The notes beneath the pieces are model-generated. The model was not told where the DNA came from. It was given only the letters and a program-made list of their open reading frames with translations, and ran no database searches. From Oopsacas minuta (Eukaryota > Animalia > Porifera), in contig JAKMXF010000222.1 in assembly GCA_024704765.1 (NCBI GenBank), forward strand, positions 1,430,400-1,494,399: 64,000 bases of DNA, given 5' to 3'. A program made the translations under genes and the position numbers. Positions 55,506 to 64,000 of the stretch are shown in pieces; position 1 is the stretch's first letter; each line of letters begins with the position of its first letter.

Positions 55506-55673
55506 CAAGGTTGCAACCGAATATTATTTGGTGAATAATTCAAGATTCAGTTACCAACCGAATATCAGTATTCAGTATTCGGTTGGCTCACACCCTGAAT
55601 ACTATCAGTATGTAGTATTCGGTTGGCCTACATCCATGAATACTGATATTCGGTACGAGCGGTTTTGACCTTG
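55506..55673. mobile_element. hAT-like MITE (short relative of 53585-55135)
   Basis: CAAGGTTGCAAC ... GGTTTTGACCTTG, flanks GTTATATC / GTTATAAT, and internal AATATCAGTATTCGGTT repeats. Confidence 0.65.
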
Positions 55674-56397
55674 GTTATAATATCCTTATGTATTTAGAAA
55701 CAGGAGTATGTTGTTGATTACTCGATTTGATAATCCAAACTGATATTTGGCACTTTATTTGTGATGAGCCAATATTTCGCCAAATATCTATTTCTAGAAT
55801 ACTAATTGACCATAATTAAGATTACAATGTATAATTAATTTTAAGACATTTGAACCAATGATATGATTCCATGTGTAGTTCATTATTAGTATAAATTTGT
55901 ATTTTACAGAATGGATTGTATGCTTTCTATTGATTTTATGTCATATTTATAAGAAGTTATTACGAAAAGTATATGAATAGGGTTATTGGGAATTAATATG
56001 AGCATTTGACGATATTTAGGTCCAATTATGTGTAAAATTTAATTTATAATCTCTCACTATTCTTGCTAACAACAGGTGCTATAATTCATCACAGTAGACT
56101 CTCGCGTTAATCTGAACATTGCCTAAAGGGTAATTATACAACGTTTGGAAAATGTCCCGAAAACCTCATTGTATCCAATTCTACTGCGGACAAATTCATA
56201 TACTATACTAAATTACATATTTCGTCAGCCTTTTCATCGTTTTGCACAAATTTCGAACATATACAATCCTATAGTATTGTTTCAATGAATTCCACTAATC
56301 CGAACGAATTATTTTTCAATTTGAACAATAATTAATTCAATCTAATTACGTAATTGATATTGTTTACATGTGAGTTTTAGAATTTATTCTCTTCACA

Positions 56398-57108
56398 ATG
56401 CAATCTGTATTCAATCGTCCATCTATGTCAATCAAAGCATTGACAAGTTTCTCCAACCTGACGCCCCCCATGCGGTCACATCTAACCAAGGTATACTCTA
56501 ACATGCTGTACTGCTGTATTGCAGCATCAGTGGGTGGCTATCTCTCAGTAATAGGGAGACTACAGGTCCTGGGATGGCTTGGAGGGTTACTAAGTATGTG
56601 TTGTTTCTTCTACCTATTATTCACTCGTAATCCTCACAACCTCAGGAAGGGAGGCTACAGATTCGAAGCTCTGCTCGGGTTCGGGTTCCTGACTGGATTT
56701 GGCACTGGACCTATTCTACGTATTGCTCTTGCTGTAAATCCCGCTATCATCCCAGCAGCCTGTTTAGCTGGAACTGTTATTTTCCTATGCTTCTCTCTGG
56801 CTGCACTCACTGCTCAGCGACGCTCCATGCTTTATCTAGGCGGGTATCTGTCTACTGGACTGTTACTCCTATTGGGTCTTGGATTTTTGAATATTTTCTT
56901 TCGCTCCCCTCTTGTATTCAACTTCCAGATCTATCTGTGTCTGATGGTTTTCATCGCTTTCATTCCCTTCGACACTCAGATGATCCTGGAGAGGTTCGAG
57001 ATGGGAGATCAGGATCACATCATGCACTCTCTAGACCTATTTATAGATCTCGTGCAAGTCATCCGTATGCTTATTGTCATCCTAACTAAGAAGGAGGAGA
57101 AAAAGTGA
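56398..57108 (+). CDS. TMBIM6: Bax inhibitor-1 (TMBIM6), intronless
   Basis: HLTKVY, GTAVIF-like GTVIFLCFSLAAL, RRSMLYLGG, FDTQMI, HSLDLFIDL (di-aspartyl sensor residues) and a Lys-rich ER-type C-terminus KKEEKK. Confidence 0.93.
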   Translation: MQSVFNRPSMSIKALTSFSNLTPPMRSHLTKVYSNMLYCCIAASVGGYLSVIGRLQVLGWLGGLLSMCCFFYLLFTRNPHNLRKGGYRFEALLGFGFLTGFGTGPILRIALAVNPAIIPAACLAGTVIFLCFSLAALTAQRRSMLYLGGYLSTGLLLLLGLGFLNIFFRSPLVFNFQIYLCLMVFIAFIPFDTQMILERFEMGDQDHIMHSLDLFIDLVQVIRMLIVILTKKEEKK

Positions 57109-57834
57109 TTTCACCTATTCTGCTATTCCAATAGTGATTTAATTACTCATTATACTTTGGTACTCATTATAGGCATGTTATGACTATCTAGTAACATTTG
57201 CTGTATTCTAACTGTTAAGTATAGTTACTAACTCTATTGGGATCTTCTATTCCATGTATTGTAATGTTAAGTTGTGTGATTTGTCTAATATATTCATTTG
57301 ATAACCGTGGGGTGTTAGGCATCCGTTATCTCGAGCCTCAGAGGAATTCAAATATGTTCTAGATTTAATTTCGGGCTTAGAATAGCAGATTTCATGTGGC
57401 GTATTTGACACTCATTTCGATAATTTTCTCTAGATAGTAGTTTAACCGCAAGTCCGACATTTCTTTCCAGGCATTTTCACTAATCCATGGTTAATCTATG
57501 TACACCAACATGTAACACCTCGATTCAACATATACCTGGTCACCCGGAACTAAATGTCAGTATCGAATAGAACATATTTGTAATTCTGTAGGGATACCCA
57601 TATGTCACAAAACCTGTCCGTATTTACTTTGTAATCATCTGTGTATTGTGTGTGTGAAGTAATAAATCCTTTTAACAATGTTTTCACCGAAAATCACAGG
57701 TTTCTTGTCTGTTCACGGATCTTTTAAAAGAATATTTAAGGCACCATAAATAACAGATTTATGTACTTCGTCTAGTTTTTATATGAAAATTATAGATTTG
57801 ATTTCTTTGTTTGTTTGTATTATAGTTCTGAAAT

Positions 57835-58344
57835 ATGAACATCACTTCCGTGATTAGCTCCCTACAAAACGGAGGCTGGTATTGGGGTAAAGTGTCTTAT
57901 GATACTGCCATTGACAAGCTGTTAGACAGCAAAAATGGTACCTTCCTACTCCGAGACAGTTCTGATGATCATCACCTATTCACGTTTGCAATCAAATGTC
58001 ATGGTGACGTCATTAACCTGAGGGTACATTTCTCTCGTAGCCGTTTCAGTTTAGACTCTATTGACTATTCGTATGCACCTTCTCCCACTTTTGAATCCGT
58101 TTGCGACTTGGCAGAATACTACATGTGTCATAATAAAACATTTTATATTCACATTCCTGACTCAGATGCTCAGCCTCTAGCCGTTGTTATGAAACATCCT
58201 TATCTAAGACACGTACATTCTCTAAAGCACATTTGTAGAAAAATTGTACACAGACATCTCAGGAAGATAGAGGATTTAGATAAACTACCTATCCCACAGA
58301 CACTCAAACAATTCTTACGACTATACAAGTATTGCTATGCCTAG
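57835..58344 (+). CDS. SOCS-family protein (SH2 + SOCS box), intronless
   Basis: SLQNGGWYWG, GTFLLRDSS (SH2 FLVRES Arg intact), and SOCS box SLKHICRKIV...LPIPQTLKQFL. Closest to the SOCS2/CISH architecture; orthology is unresolved. Confidence 0.9.
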   Translation: MNITSVISSLQNGGWYWGKVSYDTAIDKLLDSKNGTFLLRDSSDDHHLFTFAIKCHGDVINLRVHFSRSRFSLDSIDYSYAPSPTFESVCDLAEYYMCHNKTFYIHIPDSDAQPLAVVMKHPYLRHVHSLKHICRKIVHRHLRKIEDLDKLPIPQTLKQFLRLYKYCYA

Positions 58345-59091
58345 AGATTAATACTATTCTACCAAATTCAATTGCTGCCCTTTTCGCTAAAGTTGAACAA
58401 ATTCAAATTTTGTTTAACAATACTGTTTCCTCAAATCTTCTCGAGACCCAGTCTAAATCACAGATAACTCAGCTCATTCAATACTCACTGCTATATTCTC
58501 AAATATTCGTAAATCATTACATTCTAATGAATAGTATACAATTATACTACTTTATTACACTGTATAAGGGCTGGGATAATGCACAAAATTATCTTCAATA
58601 ATTCATTTCGTGATTGAATCTGACCAATATCTTATTAAAGACGATAAGAATTTTTAAAATGTATATTTTGGATAAATTTCATTGAGGATCATAGTATATT
58701 CCAGTAATCTGTCTTATACAATATTGATCTGTTGGAATTCGTTCGACATTTGTTTCGTTTACTTGTTCGTTCGTTAGCGAAAATACACAGTAGTTAAGCA
58801 ATGTATGTAAAGTAGAGTACTCAACTCATGCGACCTATGTGCATCACCCTTTCAGGAAGAGATTGTCCTAAGACTTGCACTGCTCTAATAGATATGACAT
58901 ATTGGTTAATGCAGTAATCTCAAATTGTGAGGTCTAATAGAATTTGATTATATTCGTAGATTATCATCTGTAGTACTGTATTGTGCATTTCATATCCCTT
59001 AGGTTGCTGGTCAAAAATCCTAATATAATATGCTACTAGTTTCACAAATAAATACATTCTTTATTAACATCAGAGAATACATCAATATAAA

Positions 59092-61092
59092 TTAATTTTC
59101 TTGAATCTTTCTACATTTCCATGTGATCCAAGCGAGGAAAAAGAACACACTTGATAAAGATGTTCCTATTAAAATAACCCCTATTATAGAGTACTTCAAA
59201 GATAGACTGTTGTACTCTAGACACGATCCACGACCCCCACAGTCTGTTTCCTCCCAAAGAATGCAATTAAAATCGAATAGAAATCCTATAACAATAGGTC
59301 CAGGTAACTGTCCCAATACACGTAACATGAACGATTGTATTCCCAAAGCAACAGTACGATCTTTATCAGCTACACATCGAAGAGTTAGTTTCAGGAATGG
59401 AATGTTGTTATAGAAGATAAGAGTCACTGCGAAGAAGAACAAAACAGCTGATATAATAATCTGTACAGTACAGTCATCTCTACATTTTCCGCTTCTAGCT
59501 AGCACACCACTGTTCAGACAGGAACAGTTTGAATAAAAATAATAGCCATCTGTGTCATCATGCATCATCATCACATGAGGACACCCAGTCAGACAAGGAG
59601 AGAAGTATGTGACTCCCTCCCCACACACAGGCTGATAAGTGTTGCTCTTACAACCGCAAGATGAGAAACAGCTCACATTTAGGCTACTGATTATGTAATC
59701 TGTTCTAGCTGTAGTGTTCTGGTAATCAACACTGACTCCAGCAATCTCATTACTGCTACATCCAAGTAGAAATAGAGGAGGAATGAGGACTTCAATCACT
59801 GTCAGAAGGAATACACACAGAGCTAATCGTTCTACAGTTAACTTCTTGAAAAGGAATAATGTCATTCCTCCCAGTACCATACCAAGGGAAGCAGCTGGAA
59901 TTGATACAACACCGATTATATACGAAGCAAAACTTGAACTCACTGAATACTGAATTTGAAAATATTTTGGCAGAAAAGTAATCGTGCCTGAAATCACAAA
60001 TCCAGCTGAAGTTATACCAAATGTGGCAAATAGGAATGTGACATTCTTCAGGATACGATAAGCATACACAGGATATTCTTTGATCATGATAACAATCGAG
60101 ATGTTGTGATCATTCTCGAATGACACTCCTTGGTCCTGAACAGGTTGTTGTTGTTTCCTCAGTTTGTCGTATTCTCTTGATCTCCTCAGACGTCTGGGAT
60201 AGAAAAAGAATTGAATAGAACAAAAAATACTCAATATGCCACTCAGTACGAATCCCATCCACCAAGCGCCTACCCACTGGGGGTCACTGCTTGTCAGAGT
60301 TGTCGGTGTGAATGGATTCACGAAAAGAGATAAGAACACTCCTCCCATACCGAAACCTACACAGGGACCAATCACAGCAACTATATTCCCTATGCTAAGG
60401 TATATAGGTGAATACCTTGGGTGTGTACTGTCGTCAATAAAGCCTAATCCTACTGTGTATAGGGTACTTGCACCACACCCAATTATCATATTTCCTATGA
60501 TGAACAGAGGATAGAAGTAGAGGAGTGGTACTGCACATGAACGCTCATCTGTAGAATTACCAGTAGTACACATTTCTATTGAAGTCTTATTGAAGTTGTA
60601 TGTACCAACGAAATAATGAGGCGATGCAAATATCAATGAGCCTATCCCCATCACTAAAGAGGATATTCCCAGGACTCTTGGCTTATGACTCCTTCCTCCC
60701 AAATAGCTGGTGAATAGAATGAACAGTATCACGCCCACTTCATACGATGCTGCTGCCATTGCTGATAGTGCACTGGTTAGGTTGTAGCGTCTTTCGATAC
60801 TAGAGAGTGCTACTGAGATAAATCCAGTAGCTATTGCTCCTTGGAGACAGAGAAAGCAACTCAAAGAAAATAGAAACATTTTAGGATTGTTGAATGACTG
60901 CAACCAATTTGGTATACACTTAGAGATACCACATTTCCCTTCATAATAATGTAACTGGTTTGTATCGTTATCTTCCTGATGTGAGGTAACCAGGGCTACT
61001 CTTTGATTTCCTGACTGGTACTTGTTTACTTTTAGTACTGAAATTTTATCTTTGTTTTCGAAACGATAGTGAAATAGTTTTGTACGAAACAT
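59092..61092 (-). CDS. Organic anion transporting polypeptide (OATP/SLCO family), intronless
   Basis: SSIERRYNLTS, SYLGGRSHKPR, GLGFIDDS, OATP signature DPQWVGAWWMGF, Kazal-like loop CGC...YQPVCGEGVTYFSPCLTGC, LRCV and ALGIQ. Confidence 0.93.
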   Translation of the reverse strand: MFRTKLFHYRFENKDKISVLKVNKYQSGNQRVALVTSHQEDNDTNQLHYYEGKCGISKCIPNWLQSFNNPKMFLFSLSCFLCLQGAIATGFISVALSSIERRYNLTSALSAMAAASYEVGVILFILFTSYLGGRSHKPRVLGISSLVMGIGSLIFASPHYFVGTYNFNKTSIEMCTTGNSTDERSCAVPLLYFYPLFIIGNMIIGCGASTLYTVGLGFIDDSTHPRYSPIYLSIGNIVAVIGPCVGFGMGGVFLSLFVNPFTPTTLTSSDPQWVGAWWMGFVLSGILSIFCSIQFFFYPRRLRRSREYDKLRKQQQPVQDQGVSFENDHNISIVIMIKEYPVYAYRILKNVTFLFATFGITSAGFVISGTITFLPKYFQIQYSVSSSFASYIIGVVSIPAASLGMVLGGMTLFLFKKLTVERLALCVFLLTVIEVLIPPLFLLGCSSNEIAGVSVDYQNTTARTDYIISSLNVSCFSSCGCKSNTYQPVCGEGVTYFSPCLTGCPHVMMMHDDTDGYYFYSNCSCLNSGVLARSGKCRDDCTVQIIISAVLFFFAVTLIFYNNIPFLKLTLRCVADKDRTVALGIQSFMLRVLGQLPGPIVIGFLFDFNCILWEETDCGGRGSCLEYNSLSLKYSIIGVILIGTSLSSVFFFLAWITWKCRKIQEN

Positions 61093-63010
61093 GTTCTAGG
61101 GATCTACTTGTAACTTGTTCTTGTCAAATTGGCTAGAGATGAATTTGTAGAACTCTCTTATAGAATCCCTTCAGCTTTATATTGATTGAAAGCATATAGA
61201 GAGTTTTCCACCATTTCGCGAAGTCTCGCGGCTTAATATTGAAATGTTTGGCTTGCTGTGAGTGTTTAGTGCAGTGTGTTATTGTATTTAGTACTTACTA
61301 TGGTAGTTTATAGAATCTACTTAGATGCAACATGTAGCTATTATTACAAAAGTTTTTGTCATTATTTAGCATTTCCTGTAGCAATTGTACTGAATTCAGT
61401 TTCTTATAATGGTGTTATTAGTTCCTATATTGTCAACTACGTAATTTGTTCCTATTGTACGCTCTCTTATGTTAAGTCTAAATTTGTTATTACAAGTGCA
61501 GCTCTATAAGATAATGACATGAACAGTATGCGACATGTCACATCTGTTTGTCTTCGCGACCGGCGAAATATTTTCAATCTGATTAAAGTTTGTGCATACG
61601 CGTATATACTTATACATAGCATACCAGCCAACCGCCCAGGGATTTTTCTTGGAGCAATGATATTGTGTTTCAGGATCATAAACACATTTATTAATCATTA
61701 TTATTCAGTTCTAATTCTAAGTACTTAAAATTCCAGTTATTATATTGAATGATATACATAAATAGTTGATAATAACATGCTGACAATAAACATGTGTGCA
61801 AGGAATTGGCAAGTATATGATGGTAGGAATTGAATCCGTGACAAGCAAGCGTAGCGAGCGAGAATTAATTTCTCGCCTCCAAGGATTTTACTCGAAGTTC
61901 AAGGGAAATATGGGCTCCGTCCAGGGATTAATGTGACAAGGTTGGTAGGTCTGATATAGAAGCTATTGGTCTTGATATTCCCAGCTGGGGTATGATTTAT
62001 TTACGTTATGTAAACACCACTAATATGTGAAATGGTTAAACGGGCTATTCAACTATATTAATGTCTGGTGTATGGTGGAACTATCAGTTAGAATTTAAAT
62101 CCAAAGTTACCCTTAAGTCTACTAGTCGAATCCTAAATAATGCATCATATATTCGACTCATCTAACCATAACGTAACTTCAAGCATAAATACCTTGTTAG
62201 CGCAGGAGGTGCCCAAATGGCATGGACGATGTAGTACGTTCGTCCGTACTCGCGACCATTTTTCTATGGTAAAATGGTCTTAGGATCAAATTCTATGAAA
62301 ATTTTGGTATATTTTGGTCCCATGTAACTCAGGGATTTTTCTTGGATTAGTGTCCAAGCTTCTAGATGTTGTCTGGATGTAGACTACCTCCTGATTGTTT
62401 GATTGGGTGTTTTAGAGCTTGGTCTGGTTGTTGAAATGGATTTTTTCTCTAATTAGTCTGTTATCAGGCTTTTTGATACTGATACACCTCTTGTTTTAGT
62501 ACCCCTGGACCAATTTTTCAGGTGACCAAGATTTTCGTGACAAGACTATCAACCCGACGGGACATGTTCAAACAGCTCCGAATAATGTCAGCAAGTATTT
62601 TCTACCTCTGACTTAAGTTTAGTCAATATGCTCAGAAAGATAAAATTTTCTTGCACTTGTAGTTGTGAGTTCCCAGATGATGAGACTATTGGACCACTCA
62701 AGTGGCTATTCATAAAACTTTTGGCTGATTTAGTGTATATTACTCGAGGTATTCCTAATTGCTAAGCGTGAATTACATATCGTAACGTTATTTGATTAAT
62801 GTATTATTTAATCAATACGTTTCTGACTATCACACATGTAATCACAGATTTGTAGGGAATTTCAAAGGTCTTACGTGGTTTAGCTCCTACAGCATAGTAT
62901 ATAATATATTTAATGTTGATAAATGTATTTGTTTTCATTTCAATTGCTGGTAGGACAAATATTCTTTAATTGACCTTCAAATAGTGGAATTCTTCTGAAT
63001 CACGTCTCAG

Positions 63011-63512
63011 ATTGATCTTATTCAAGTCAAATTCAAAAACGAAGATGATGCACAAATAAATATTGGATATAACTCAGATGATGAAATAGATAATGGCTCA
63101 GATAGACTGATAGGAAGTTCTTTTAGTTCCTCTATGGAAGAATTAGATAAAGGAGATTGATCAGTTGCAATATTATGAAGGGAAATGTGGTATCTCTAAG
63201 TGTATACCAAATTGGTTGCAGTCATTCAACAATCCTAAAATGTTTCTATTTTCTTTGAGTTGCTTTCTCTGTCTCCAAGGAGCAATAGCTACTGGATTTA
63301 TCTCAGTAGCACTCTCTAGTATCGAAAGACGCTACAACCTAACCAGTGCACTATCAGCAATGGCAGCAGCATCGTATGAAGTGGGCGTGATACTGTTCAT
63401 TCTATTCACCAGCTATTTGGGAGGAAGGAGTCATAAGCCAAGAGTCCTGGGAATATCCTCTTTAGTGATGGGGACAGGCTTGTTGCGTGAGATTTTAACT
63501 CATCTATATTAA
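63011..63512 (+). pseudogene. Inverted, truncated SLCO copy (N-terminal fragment)
   Basis: 63171-63480 is near identical to the reverse complement of about 60639-60948 (one mismatch seen). The upstream acidic frame (EDDAQ...EELDKGD*) is frameshifted relative to it, no in-frame ATG was found, and homology stops after SSLVMG. Confidence 0.75.
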
Positions 63513-64000
63513 ACGACTGCTGTCAATTTGCAGGATATTCGACCAGGATCATTTCAATCACTAATTTGTCCTACTTGTACTCATTAGATTACCCGAAATT
63601 AATATCATTCGGTAGAGGAGTGTTGAACGTCTTATAAAATATAATTTTCTTAAATATTTCTAACTTTTACCTATATATTTTTGTCATGACGAGTAGGGTC
63701 GCTTATCTATTAAAAAAGACGACCTGAAAGTGAGAATACAAATCTGAAATTTTGTGTCTATATTTGTGACCCATGGACGTTTATGTAAATTAAATTTCAT
63801 CCAAAAATTCCTAAAACTCGAGGAGATACAAGTATTCAAATTTGAAGTCAGAGTTATATTGGAGGGGGTGAGTATCATTTTACAAAAAGTAGGGTCAGTT
63901 CAAATTGATATTTGATATCCCAAATCGAACTCAAACTATTATATTTTGATAACAATCGATAGCTGAGACATGGATGTATACCATTATGTTACTATAATCA

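Noticed and set aside
62200-62760. Possible retroelement (Penelope/LINE-like) remnant between SLCO and its fragment
   Set aside because: All frames are riddled with stops and no diagnostic RT or GIY-YIG motif could be read with confidence.
63477-63600. Possible intron continuing the SLCO fragment (C|GTGAGA donor, TTTGCAG acceptor)
   Set aside because: The spliced downstream frames do not resemble the expected SLCO continuation (LIFASPHYF), so the copy is treated as truncated.

Overview
This is AT-rich, intron-poor animal genomic DNA. The compact layout and gene style suggest an early-branching metazoan such as a glass sponge (e.g. Oopsacas), which is an inference and not shown by the sequence. 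Recognisable genes, left to right: 3' end of ARP2, ATAT1, PCF11, IFT25/HSPB11, TRMT2A (3 exons), an SLC13 transporter (3 exons), ARMC3 (6 exons), MFSD8-like, a salt-inducible kinase SIK (9 exons), archaemetzincin, ARIH1 (4 exons), SH3BGRL, three tandem Rab11 paralogs, Bax inhibitor-1, a minimal SOCS protein, an OATP/SLCO transporter and an inverted partial SLCO copy. Intergenic and intronic DNA is rich in DNA transposons: a MULE with a 9-bp TSD, a DD34D mariner, a DD37D maT element, hAT and pogo-like MITEs, a nested stack, and a Helitron-like family ending in CTCG instead of CTRR. The best leads are the Rab11 triplet (a gene-conversion-like tract between copies 1 and 3, and a switch-mutated copy 2), a CRE/AP-1 motif cluster upstream of a SIK that keeps its PKA sites, the near-identical inverted SLCO tract, and the CTCG Helitron-like family. 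I found no CRISPR, rRNA or tRNA. All splice sites and alignments were read by eye.
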